From Candidatus Latescibacterota bacterium (GTDB lineage Bacteria > Latescibacterota > UBA2968 > UBA8231): a stretch of 64,000 nt of DNA. The first letter of the stretch is position 1; each line of letters begins with the position of its first letter. The notes under the pieces were generated by a model. It ran no database searches and was not told where the DNA came from. It saw only the letters and a list, made by a program, of their open reading frames with translations. Positions 19,449 through 28,745 of this stretch are shown piece after piece. The stretch covers positions 2,528,001 through 2,592,000 of the forward strand of contig OZ252098.1 in assembly GCA_965248355.1 (NCBI GenBank). Reading direction: 5' to 3'. Made by a program: the position numbers and the translations under genes.

Positions 19449-21727
19449 TGGCGGCAGTCCGTCTCTTCCTCCTGGTGCTGCTCACAGGCAGCCTGCTCTC
19501 CTCCGCATACGCGGCCACTGGGAGCGGCGCCGAGATCAGCGGCCGAATCGCGGCGGCCGGCGACAGCACCGCCCTCGCCGGGGCGATTGTCTACCTGAAG
19601 AAGACCGGGCAGGGCGCCCTTGCCGGGGAGGGAGGCCGCTTCCGATTCGCGGTCGAGGCGGGTCCGGACCTGCTCGTCGTCTCCTTTGTCGGCTACCGCA
19701 CCCGCACGGTTTCCGTCGAGGTCGGGGAGGGGGAGTCCCTCGATCTCGGGGTACTCCTCCTCGAGGAGTCCGCGGTGGAGCTGCCCGGGGTCGTGGTCAC
19801 GGCGAGCCGCAGGCCGCAGCTCTTCTCCGAGGCGCCGGTCAGCATGTCGGTGACCGACCGGCGCGAGCTGACCGGTTTCAACTCCTTCAGCCTGTCGGGG
19901 CCCCTGCGCCATCTGCCCGGCGTCAGCCAGGTGGGCAGCCAGGTCAGCATCCGCGGTTCGAGCGGGTACAGCCGCGGCACCGGCAGCCGCGTGCTCCTGC
20001 TCTTCGACGGGGTCCCCGCGCTGTCGGCCGACCAGGGGGACATCAAGTGGGACATCATCCCGGTCACCGAAGTGGAGCGGGTCGAGCTGATCAAGGGGGC
20101 CGGCTCGGCCCTCTACGGGACCGGTGCCCTCGGCGGCGTCATCAACGTGCTCACCCGCTCGCCGTCGGAGCTTCCCGAGACCCGCTTCCGCCTCGTGAGC
20201 GGCCTCTACGACCAGCCGGCGCACCCGTCCTGGAAATGGCGGGACCTCATGTACCTCGGCGGCGTCGACCTCAGCCATTCCCGCACGACCGCCGCGGGCG
20301 GCTACCTCGTCTCCGCGGGCCACAAGCGCCGGACGGGGTACCGCGAGAACAACGAGTCGACCCGCTACAACCTGTTCGCCAAGGGGACCCGCCAGCTCGG
20401 CCGGCGCACCCGCTGGACCGGTCTGGCCAGCTGGGCCCACGACGATCACGGGGTCTTCCTGCAGTGGAAGGACCGCGCCACGCCGCTGTTGGTGCCGGAG
20501 GGCGACCGCGGAGCGGCCACGGTCTCGTGGAAGCTCAACCTCAACACCGAGGTGACCCACCTCGTGAATCCGGGGACAAACATGCGGTGGCGGGGGTTCT
20601 ACTTCCGCACGGACTTCGACAACACCCGGGCCGCCGGAGACCTGGCGTCGGCGGGACACAAGATCGGCACCGAGGTGCAGCTCGACCTCGGGGAACGGCT
20701 CGGCACCCGCGGGGTCATCGTCGGCGCCACCGGCATCTACGACCTGGCGCGGTCACCGGGGGACTTCCTCGGCGAGCGCACCGTGCTCAACACGGCGCTG
20801 TACGCCCAGAACGTCCTGGCCTTCCGGGAGGTGGAGGTCGCCCTCGGCCTGCGCGCCGACCTTCACCGCCGCGGCGCCGGAGAGGCCCCGCCAGCCGGCG
20901 GGCCGTGCGGATCCGCGGGAGACCACGGAATCGCGGCGCACACGGAGGCCCAGTTCAGCCCCCAGGCAGGGCTGTCATGGAAAGCGGCTCCGGGCGCCAT
21001 CCGGCTCTCGGCCGGCCGCGGCTTCAGGGCTCCCTCGGTCACCGAGATCCACGTCCAGGCCGACGCCTCGGGGATCCTCGTCTGTCCGAACCCCGGCCTC
21101 GCCTCGGAGAGCAGCTGGTCGTACGAGGCGGGGATCCGGCGGGTCCTCGGAGGGACGCTCGCCATCGATGCCGCCCTGTTCTGGAACGAGTTCGACAGCC
21201 TCATCGAAGCCCGGCCCGAACCGACCTCCTCGGTGGTCCCGAGGGCCAGCTTCCGCAACATCTCCAGGGCCCGCATTCGCGGCCTGGAGCTGGAGCAGCA
21301 GCTGGCCCTTCCCCTCGGGGCGCTCTGGAAGGCCTCCTACACCTACGTCGACGCGGAGGAGTTCCTCGCCGAAGGGGTGCCGCTGCCGCCCTTCTGCCAC
21401 GACGACCTGCATCCCGGGGAGACCGCTCCCCTCCCGTACCGCTCCCGCCACGCCGTCACTACCAGCCTGGGAATGGCGAGGGGAACGAGCCGCGGCGGGC
21501 TGACCTTCCGCTACACGAGCCGCTTCGAGAGGGTGTCAGGACTGTTCGCCGAGTGCGGGCGCGACCACTTGCCGGTTTACCTGGTGGACGCCTTCGTCGA
21601 GCGCCGGCTTGGCCCGGCGACGCTCACCCTCCGCGTCGACAACCTGTTGCGCTACCACTACATCCTGTCCGAGCGCGAGATACGCCCCATGCGCCGGGTC
21701 ACGCTGGCGCTGTCCGGGACGCTGTAG
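19448..21727 (+). CDS. TonB-dependent receptor
   Basis: Signal peptide, SFVGY, VVVTASR TonB-box region, RVELIKGAGSALYGTGALGGVIN, GRGFRAPS, VDNLL. Confidence 0.92.
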   Translation: MAAVRLFLLVLLTGSLLSSAYAATGSGAEISGRIAAAGDSTALAGAIVYLKKTGQGALAGEGGRFRFAVEAGPDLLVVSFVGYRTRTVSVEVGEGESLDLGVLLLEESAVELPGVVVTASRRPQLFSEAPVSMSVTDRRELTGFNSFSLSGPLRHLPGVSQVGSQVSIRGSSGYSRGTGSRVLLLFDGVPALSADQGDIKWDIIPVTEVERVELIKGAGSALYGTGALGGVINVLTRSPSELPETRFRLVSGLYDQPAHPSWKWRDLMYLGGVDLSHSRTTAAGGYLVSAGHKRRTGYRENNESTRYNLFAKGTRQLGRRTRWTGLASWAHDDHGVFLQWKDRATPLLVPEGDRGAATVSWKLNLNTEVTHLVNPGTNMRWRGFYFRTDFDNTRAAGDLASAGHKIGTEVQLDLGERLGTRGVIVGATGIYDLARSPGDFLGERTVLNTALYAQNVLAFREVEVALGLRADLHRRGAGEAPPAGGPCGSAGDHGIAAHTEAQFSPQAGLSWKAAPGAIRLSAGRGFRAPSVTEIHVQADASGILVCPNPGLASESSWSYEAGIRRVLGGTLAIDAALFWNEFDSLIEARPEPTSSVVPRASFRNISRARIRGLELEQQLALPLGALWKASYTYVDAEEFLAEGVPLPPFCHDDLHPGETAPLPYRSRHAVTTSLGMARGTSRGGLTFRYTSRFERVSGLFAECGRDHLPVYLVDAFVERRLGPATLTLRVDNLLRYHYILSEREIRPMRRVTLALSGTL

Positions 21728-21766
21728 GCCCGTCCCTGCTCGTGTGTCGGGACGACCCATGAGTGC

Positions 21767-22264
21767 TCACACGTAGTACAGATAGAGCATCATGCCCAAG
21801 GCTGCCTTCGACAACAACAGGATCAACATCACAATGCCCCAGGTATTGCTGCATTCACGCACCCTCAGGAGGCTGTTCAGAAACTTGCCTTCCATTGCAG
21901 CACCGGCCTTCGAAAGCAAGAACGCAATGTCCGACAGAATGAGAGTGCCCAGAACCAATCTGGCCGAGTTTGAAAAAAAGGTGCCGCAATATGCCAGAAT
22001 GACTTGGAGTTCTCCCAGAGTCAATCCAAAGGGGTCCCCCTCTCCCTGCCTATACTGAATGACTTCTTGAATACTACTGACTACTTGCGCCATCAGCACC
22101 GGCCACGCCAAGGCCAATCCCACAGTTGAAATAATGTAGACGCCCAGCCAGGGCAGACTTTCGAGCTTGCAGCCTCGGCTTGTCTTGATACCGAAGATCA
22201 GAAGCAGGACCCACAGGGCAACGGTGGGAGCTACTCCTACAAGAACACCAAGAGACACTACCAT
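21767..22264 (-). CDS. Hypothetical membrane protein
   Basis: About four hydrophobic segments; lower GC than flanks. Confidence 0.6.
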   Translation of the reverse strand: MVVSLGVLVGVAPTVALWVLLLIFGIKTSRGCKLESLPWLGVYIISTVGLALAWPVLMAQVVSSIQEVIQYRQGEGDPFGLTLGELQVILAYCGTFFSNSARLVLGTLILSDIAFLLSKAGAAMEGKFLNSLLRVRECSNTWGIVMLILLLSKAALGMMLYLYYV

Positions 22265-22265
22265 C

Positions 22266-22643
22266 CTACTTCCTCCCTTCCGACTCGGAGCGGGACTTCG
22301 GCCCCGGGTCCATCAACCCCACAATCGAGAAGTGATGACTCGCGATATTGAATCCCTCGCGAAGATAGAACCGATGCGCCGGAAACCTCTGAACGCCTGA
22401 GTCCAAATGAACCTGCGCGCACCCATTCTGTCGAGCATGGCACTTGAGCCAATCCATCATGACTCTGCCCAGGCCCGAGGAACGCCGCTGTGAATCCGTG
22501 ACCAGATCCTCGATGTACATGTGCTTTCCCCAGGCCAATCCGATCTTGATTTGGAATCCCGCGGCACAGATCGCCTGACCATCCTCCTCCACATAAGCGA
22601 CCCTGTAACCTCTCTCCTGCTGGGCCTTGATCTGAGAGACCAA
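22266..22643 (-). CDS. GNAT acetyltransferase, N-terminus probably eroded
   Basis: YIEDLVTDSQRRSSGLG, HLDSGVQRFPAHRFY. Confidence 0.8.
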   Translation of the reverse strand: MVSQIKAQQERGYRVAYVEEDGQAICAAGFQIKIGLAWGKHMYIEDLVTDSQRRSSGLGRVMMDWLKCHARQNGCAQVHLDSGVQRFPAHRFYLREGFNIASHHFSIVGLMDPGPKSRSESEGRK

Positions 22644-22688
22644 GTGGCTTCTATCTCCGTCATGTCAGATCTCACACCGCATCTCGCC

Positions 22689-23003
22689 TCAGTCCCCGAT
22701 CGGACATCCTTCGGACGTGGACCTGCCGTGGTCCTGCAAGGCCTGGACACAGAGCTTCTGGCACTCGCTGCAAATCGTGGCGTCAGCTCCCTGCCTTGAG
22801 AGAATGCGGGGCACCTGATCTTGACCTCGTTGGCAGAATTGGCATCGGTCTCCTGCTTTGGTTTGCCACTCAGAGGCAGGCATCCCTTCAAGCACGCCAC
22901 CACACGTGGCCACGCAGTCACTGCATATGTGCGCGGATAGGCCTGTCACAACCTGGACAGAATCGCTGACTGACTGACCGCAGAAGGAACATCGATTCGG
23001 CAT
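22689..23003 (-). CDS. Stand-alone protein with two ClpX-type C4 zinc fingers
   Basis: CSFCG...AHICSDCV and CQFCQ...ATICSECQ. Confidence 0.75.
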   Translation of the reverse strand: MPNRCSFCGQSVSDSVQVVTGLSAHICSDCVATCGGVLEGMPASEWQTKAGDRCQFCQRGQDQVPRILSRQGADATICSECQKLCVQALQDHGRSTSEGCPIGD

Positions 23004-23041
23004 GTTTGGCCTCCGTGGCGGTTCCATCAAGCTCCCGCCGG

Positions 23042-23488
23042 CTATAGTCCATAGAAGTCGTAGAAAACCTCGACTTCACTGCGGGGACATGCCTGCAGTG
23101 GGAAGCAAGCCCGGACCTGCTCAGCATGGCTCAGCTCCCCTGCAGCCCAAAGCAGGGTCTTGGCGGGCTCCTCACGCACGCGCCATGAGTGATCGAAGAA
23201 CTGCCCCCAGATCATCAGATACTGAAGATCCGGATCCTCATTCAGGACCATGCCCGCCGTATACTCCTCCGGAAACAGGCGCCGATACGCCTCCAGATTG
23301 TACAGCCATGAATTGCCCTCAACTGTTGTCACTTGGAACTCGTGTTTCTTGATGTACCTGAACATGGCGCCCAGGTCTGCTCTCCTATCGGGCACGCTGC
23401 AGGTCCTCAACGGGCTGATCCCCTGACCCTGCACTTGATGAATCCTGGACGAACAGTACATCGATCCCTGATGTTGTAGTAGAAACAT
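23042..23488 (-). CDS. Hypothetical protein, possibly frameshifted at 5' end
   Basis: Protein-like C-terminal part; no recognised motif. Confidence 0.4.
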   Translation of the reverse strand: MFLLQHQGSMYCSSRIHQVQGQGISPLRTCSVPDRRADLGAMFRYIKKHEFQVTTVEGNSWLYNLEAYRRLFPEEYTAGMVLNEDPDLQYLMIWGQFFDHSWRVREEPAKTLLWAAGELSHAEQVRACFPLQACPRSEVEVFYDFYGL

Positions 23489-23661
23489 CCATACAGAGGC
23501 CGATCGGCGAAGTGCCTTGCCTGGAGGTCAGGGAATTCCGGTTGATGCTCGAGGAAGAAGGCGCGCCGGTAGGCCACACGGCCTCTACGCCAATTCCTCC
23601 GTGGCCCTCGCCAAACCCTCCATCCTTCGGGAAAACGCTCAGGCCGGCCTCCGTGGCCAGT

Positions 23662-24732
23662 CTAACCGTAGACCGCCTGAATCATGGCATTGATGTAGCC
23701 GAAGCAGTAGGCATAGGACTGATAGTGGCCCTTCGGATCCTCGTCGGTGCGGGGGACGTGGTCAGGATCAATGCCGTAACAGTAGCCCGTGTCCTTGAGG
23801 GCCTTCAGTACCAGGTGAAAATCCATGTCTCCTTCATCGGGCAGAGCCTCGCGGAAGCTGTAACGCCCTCCCAGCAGGTTGCGGTAGTGAACCAGGAAAA
23901 TCGTGTTCCGGCTGCCGAAGTACTCTATGATGGGGTAGATCTCAGTGGCCGGATCTTCGAGCCCTTCAGCGACGGAGCCGACGCAGAAGTTCCAGCCGTG
24001 ATACGGACTGCGCTCAATCTCGATGAAACGCTTCATGCCCTCAAACTCATTGAGCACTTTGTCAACGCCCCTGTATCCGAGGGGTGCGGCCGGGTCTTCC
24101 TGCGAATTGCCCATTCGAACCTTGAACTCTTCTGCCACAGGAATCATGCGTTCGAGCAGATACTCGATTCGCTCCCAGTGCATCTCCGCGGTGACGCGGC
24201 CGGCTTCGGTCAGCTTGGCCTGATTTTCCGCCGGGATCTTGTCCAAGCGGAACGCCGTGTGGTAGTAGCCGCCGCGACCTTCTTCTTGTTCGGTTCGGTC
24301 GATGGGCAGGACGCAAGTGTTATAGCGCAGAGAGTTTATACCGGCGCGCGAAGCCGTTCGGATCATCTCGCATACGAGGTCGATGTCCCGGTCACGCTCC
24401 GGGCTCTTCCCATAGTAGATGATGCTGGGAAACCTCTCGTATATGGGTAGCGCGCTCATATCCAGTGTCACCCCGAAGGCCTCGTGGTGCTCTCTTACCT
24501 GGACCAACTCGTCGAGATCCCAGCCACGGTCGGGGTGGAAGGGGAAGACGGCGGCCTTGTGGCGCACGCCACAGCGCTGTAGAAAGCGCAGCTCGGCATC
24601 GGTTGACCCGAAACCCTGTGTGCGCACATACATCCGGCCGCCGTTCGCCGATGCTTGTGATACGCCTCCGGCGGCAGAAGCCGCTGCCTCGCCGGCTGCG
24701 AGGCCCTTCTCGAATGGATCGGACTTCTTCAT
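23662..24732 (-). CDS. Mannonate dehydratase (UxuA) family protein
   Basis: IPVAEEFKVRMG, NFCVGS, VHYRN, PDEGDMD, PDHVP, AYCFGYI. Confidence 0.8.
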   Translation of the reverse strand: MKKSDPFEKGLAAGEAAASAAGGVSQASANGGRMYVRTQGFGSTDAELRFLQRCGVRHKAAVFPFHPDRGWDLDELVQVREHHEAFGVTLDMSALPIYERFPSIIYYGKSPERDRDIDLVCEMIRTASRAGINSLRYNTCVLPIDRTEQEEGRGGYYHTAFRLDKIPAENQAKLTEAGRVTAEMHWERIEYLLERMIPVAEEFKVRMGNSQEDPAAPLGYRGVDKVLNEFEGMKRFIEIERSPYHGWNFCVGSVAEGLEDPATEIYPIIEYFGSRNTIFLVHYRNLLGGRYSFREALPDEGDMDFHLVLKALKDTGYCYGIDPDHVPRTDEDPKGHYQSYAYCFGYINAMIQAVYG

Positions 24733-25143
24733 GTGATTCCTTTCGTTGGTATGGCGCGTGGATTGTCGCAGGACATACTACGCACACACTGTCGCTTTGG
24801 TGAGGGCAGCGAGGTGTGGCCTTTCCGACCGAAGGTATGTCTTGGTCTATACAGCCGCAAGGAGGGTTCTGCGTGAGGCTCGGCGGCCTAACACTTTGTA
24901 ATTGCTGCAGTTGGCTCTTCTTATTGAGAGTCGGAACTCTCGGCCCGACGAGGTTTCACTCCACTCAGGGAATGCGCGCATATCGGAGGTCGGATGCTGG
25001 GGGGGTACTCCGAGAGGACGTGGAAGTCGTACATCTCGACGCCTCGCTGGACCCCAACGATCGATCCGGTTAGGTTGGGCCTGCCGCCGACGGCGCCTGG
25101 CCCGGACCATGGCGCCCCAGATCAAAGGAGGAACGCCACAGCC

Positions 25144-25959
25144 ATGAGCACTTCGCCGGCCACAGACGAATCCCTTGCTCACCAGCCCCCCGACGACGGC
25201 GTCATCGACGACTGGGTCCAGCGGTTTCACCGGGACGGCTGCCTCTTTCTGCGCAACGTGCTGCCGCCCGACTGGTGCGCGGAGTTGCGCCGCGATCTCG
25301 AGAGCGCTCTCAGCAGCCCCGAGGCGTCCGCCGAGAAGCGGCGCCCGAGAAAGCAACTCAACCCCCGCATGTTCGAGACGAGCGCGGCCAACCTGCGGCT
25401 CTTCGACCTGGAGCCGATCGTCACCTTCGCCGAGCGCCTCGTGGCGGCGGACTGCCACGTGATCCACAACAACAGCTTCCGCACGCCCCCCGGCGGGGGC
25501 ATCAGCGGGTGGCACCAGGACGACGCCCCCCACTTCGAGGTCACCCACGGGGAGCCCCCCGACAACGTCCATCTGCCGGTGTTGCTGTTCACCTGCAACT
25601 ACTACCTCACCGACGTCGACACCGTGGAGCTCGGCCCCACGCAGACAGTGCCGCGCACACACCTGATCGGCGCCCGTCCGCCGAACCCGATCGAGGGCAG
25701 CGGCTACGAGGACCAGGTGGTCTCCAACGTCGGTCCCGCGGGGAGCGTGATCATGTTCAACAACCAGGTGTGGCACCGGGGCGCGCCGAACACCAGCGAC
25801 CGCACGCGCTACATCACCCAGATCAGCTATGCCCGGCGCCTGATCGGGCACAAGTACCATCCCTTCATGAACTACCAGATGCCGGAGCACGTGTATTCGG
25901 GGGCCGACGACCGGCTGCGGCGTCTGCTCGGCTTCCTGCCGAGCGGTGCCTACGGGTAG
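25144..25959 (+). CDS. Phytanoyl-CoA dioxygenase (PhyH) family protein
   Basis: FHRDG, WHQDD, VPRTH, VWHRGAPN...R. Confidence 0.9.
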   Translation: MSTSPATDESLAHQPPDDGVIDDWVQRFHRDGCLFLRNVLPPDWCAELRRDLESALSSPEASAEKRRPRKQLNPRMFETSAANLRLFDLEPIVTFAERLVAADCHVIHNNSFRTPPGGGISGWHQDDAPHFEVTHGEPPDNVHLPVLLFTCNYYLTDVDTVELGPTQTVPRTHLIGARPPNPIEGSGYEDQVVSNVGPAGSVIMFNNQVWHRGAPNTSDRTRYITQISYARRLIGHKYHPFMNYQMPEHVYSGADDRLRRLLGFLPSGAYG

Positions 25960-25999
25960 GCCTCCAGACTTGAACCTGCGGCCCTGATGCGTCCTGCGC

Positions 26000-26362
26000 T
26001 CATGCCTCCGGGCCCGGCGCCTGCTCTTGCTTGAACAGGCGCCCGCGTCTCGCCAGGATCCCGGCGATGATTGCGGCCCCGACATAAAGACAGACCGCTG
26101 CAGCCACCAGCCAGACTCGGGTCGGGTCCGGGTCCGCAAGAGCCCGGGCTACCGCCTGGCCCAGAAGCACCAGCATGAAGGTTCCCGAGAGAAGGATCAC
26201 GCAGAGGCGCGGCCACCGGGACCCGAGCACTACGGAAAGGCCTATTGTCCCCGAGAGCAGAACGAGGATGCCCGTTGGGCTCAGCCCCGAGGCAAAACCC
26301 CACAAACCGATTCCCGCATTGAGCGCTACGAGCGGTATGAGGAGTGGGAGCTTGCGCGACAT
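26000..26362 (-). CDS. Small hypothetical membrane protein
   Basis: Four hydrophobic segments from MSRKLPLL. Confidence 0.55.
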   Translation of the reverse strand: MSRKLPLLIPLVALNAGIGLWGFASGLSPTGILVLLSGTIGLSVVLGSRWPRLCVILLSGTFMLVLLGQAVARALADPDPTRVWLVAAAVCLYVGAAIIAGILARRGRLFKQEQAPGPEA

Positions 26363-26451
26363 GAGGATTCTCCCTGGGCCCTGAGTGCGGCCCATCAGCT
26401 GGAAAGAGACACCGCGAGAGGGCCTCGGCGCAAGGCGGCCTGACCGGCAGG

Positions 26452-26850
26452 CTACTGCATGGGAGAGCAGGCCCCCGGAGTCAGGATGATCGTGCGTTCC
26501 TCGGCGACGATGGCGCCGTGGCGCTCCTCGCTCTCGGCGCGCAGGGCATGCCACTCGGGGTCGGCCACGAACCGCCGCCAGACGGCGTCGCGCTCCTCGA
26601 GGCTGTCGAAGGAGACGATGTAGGCCACCTCGTCCCGCCCGAACCGGGTGCCCACCGCCGGCAGCACGATACCGCCGGCCGAGTGCTCGGCCACCGCCTC
26701 GGCCGGCACCTCGCCGATCTCGAAGAAGCCGTGGAGCTTCACGCCGTGCTTCGCGAAGAAGCGGACGCTGCCTTCCTCGAAGCGCTTCCTGAAGGCTTCG
26801 AGCTTGCCGGGGTGCAGCCTGTAGGTGCGGAACTCGTAGACTCGTCCCAT
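26452..26850 (-). CDS. NIPSNAP family protein
   Basis: VYEFRTYRLHPGKL...WRRFVADPEW...CSPMQ. Confidence 0.88.
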   Translation of the reverse strand: MGRVYEFRTYRLHPGKLEAFRKRFEEGSVRFFAKHGVKLHGFFEIGEVPAEAVAEHSAGGIVLPAVGTRFGRDEVAYIVSFDSLEERDAVWRRFVADPEWHALRAESEERHGAIVAEERTIILTPGACSPMQ

Positions 26851-26860
26851 GCTCTCCTGC

Positions 26861-27934
26861 TCATCGCTCGGGCCGGGGCTGCGAGACCCGCCAGCTGATC
26901 TCGGGCAGATCCCGGGTCACCTCCGCGAGCCGGGCCAGCTCGTCGCCCGAGAGCGGTCCCTCTTCGGCTGCGGACACGTTCTCCTCGATCTCGGCGATGC
27001 TGCGGATCCCGGAGACGATGGACGAGACCGCCGGGTTGGACAGGGCGAAGCGGATGCCGAGGCGGCGCAGGTCGGAGCCGCTGCCCCCGGCGAAGTCCTG
27101 GAGCCTGCGGGCGCCCTCGAGGATCCGTCGGGTCTCGTGCAGACCCGGGTCGCCCACCTCGTAGAAGCGCTCGATCGCGGTCAGGGACTGGCAGGCCGCG
27201 TCTCCCGAGAGCAGGCCGCCGTGGAAGACGCCGGCGAGCAGCACTCCCAGGTTCTGCTCCGCCGCCAGGGGCAGAAACTCCTTTGCCGCGTCCCGGACCA
27301 GCAGGTTGTGGGTGTTGTAGGTCAGGGTCACGTCGAACAAGCCCGTGCGGGCGGCCTCGGTGAGCTGGGGCAGCATGCCGCTGACCCCGTGAAACCGGAT
27401 CTTGCCCGCCGCCTTGAGGCGCTCCAGGGCCTCGACCATTCCGGAGCGGATGATCCGCTCCACGGCGCGCGGCCCCTCGCCGTACTGGTCGACGCTGTGG
27501 ATGAGGAGGAGGTCGATCTCGTCGATCTGCAGCCGGGCGAGGCTGGCTTCGGCCTGGGCGGCGATCTCCTCGCTCCGCAGGGCCTCGCCGCCGCCCATGC
27601 TGCCGCAGACGCCGGTCTTGGTGCAGACCACCCAGTTCCTGCGGCGGGCGGGGTCCCGCAGGTAATGGCCGAAGATCTCCTCGCTGCGCCCGTAGGAGGG
27701 GGCTGTATCGAGGAGGTTCACGCCCAGGTCCTCGGCCCGGACCATGGTGCGGGCGAACCCCTCGGGTGCGACCTCGAAGTGCGGGTTGCCGCGGTACGAG
27801 CCCGTGGGCCGGCCCGCGTCGCGGGGAGAGGTGCCGTCGGCGGCGACCGGTCCGTACTTGCCCATGGGCCCGATGCCCCCGATGGCGATCTCGCTGACCT
27901 TCAGGCCGGTCCGGCCCAGTACTCGCTGTCGCAT
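26861..27934 (-). CDS. Aldo/keto reductase
   Basis: LGRTGLKVSEI, LDTAPSYGRSE, IDLLLIH, GKIRFHGVS. Confidence 0.9.
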   Translation of the reverse strand: MRQRVLGRTGLKVSEIAIGGIGPMGKYGPVAADGTSPRDAGRPTGSYRGNPHFEVAPEGFARTMVRAEDLGVNLLDTAPSYGRSEEIFGHYLRDPARRRNWVVCTKTGVCGSMGGGEALRSEEIAAQAEASLARLQIDEIDLLLIHSVDQYGEGPRAVERIIRSGMVEALERLKAAGKIRFHGVSGMLPQLTEAARTGLFDVTLTYNTHNLLVRDAAKEFLPLAAEQNLGVLLAGVFHGGLLSGDAACQSLTAIERFYEVGDPGLHETRRILEGARRLQDFAGGSGSDLRRLGIRFALSNPAVSSIVSGIRSIAEIEENVSAAEEGPLSGDELARLAEVTRDLPEISWRVSQPRPER

Positions 27935-28163
27935 TTGGAATTCCCCTGGAGTCGCGTCGGAACCACCGCCAGCATCGAGAGCGCGGCCTCCCGCGACGGC
28001 TCCCGGCATACGCAACGTCCCCCCGCCGGGGAGGCGCAAACCTCAGCCGGGAGGACGGCGGCCTCAGCACCCGGAAGTCGCTGCCGCCCCTGTGCCCAGG
28101 CCGTCCCGCCCGAATCGCAGCCGGCCCTGTCGCTCCGCGACCCCGGGGCACAACTTAGCCGGG

Positions 28164-28745
28164 ATGAAGAACAAGAGCCTGCAGGCCATCCTCTTCGACA
28201 TGGACGGCACCCTGACCGTACCGCACATCGACTGGAAGTCCCTGCGCGCCCGCGTCGGCGTGCCCGAGGGCACCGCCATCATGGAGCACATCTACCAGCT
28301 CTCCGCTGAAGAGGCCCGCCGCGCCGAAGGCATGGTCCGCGAGACCGAGTTGGAGGCGGCCGTGGCCGCGGTCCCCAACGAGGGGCTGGCGGAGCTGTTC
28401 GAGGGGCTGGACCGCTCGCCCCTGAGGCGCGCCTTGATCACCAACAACCACCGCGGGGCCATGGATCTGGTGGTGGCCGCCTTCGGCCTGCGCTTCGACG
28501 TGATGCTCTGCCGGGAGGACGGACTGCTGAAGCCGGCCCCGGACCTGCTGAGGCTGGCCCTCGAGCGGCTCGGTGTGGCCGCCGGCGAGGCGGTCTTCGT
28601 CGGCGACGGGCGCTACGACCGCATGGCCTCGGAGGCGGCGGGCGTCCCCTACGTGCATCTGGACAACCACGGGGACGGCGGCGGCGATCCCGTGATCTAC
28701 TCGCTGCCGGAGCTGCTGCCGGCGCTCGGCGTCGCTCCCGGCTGA
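28164..28745 (+). CDS. HAD-family hydrolase
   Basis: FDMDGTL, KPAPD, VGDGRYD. Confidence 0.9.
   Translation: MKNKSLQAILFDMDGTLTVPHIDWKSLRARVGVPEGTAIMEHIYQLSAEEARRAEGMVRETELEAAVAAVPNEGLAELFEGLDRSPLRRALITNNHRGAMDLVVAAFGLRFDVMLCREDGLLKPAPDLLRLALERLGVAAGEAVFVGDGRYDRMASEAAGVPYVHLDNHGDGGGDPVIYSLPELLPALGVAPG

Noticed and set aside
24880..25080. Possible integron attC site (GCCTAAC ... GTTAGGT) near the run of short minus-strand accessory genes
   Set aside because: The boxes are about 190 bp apart, I see no convincing internal pairing, other gene junctions lack such sites, and no integron integrase is present.
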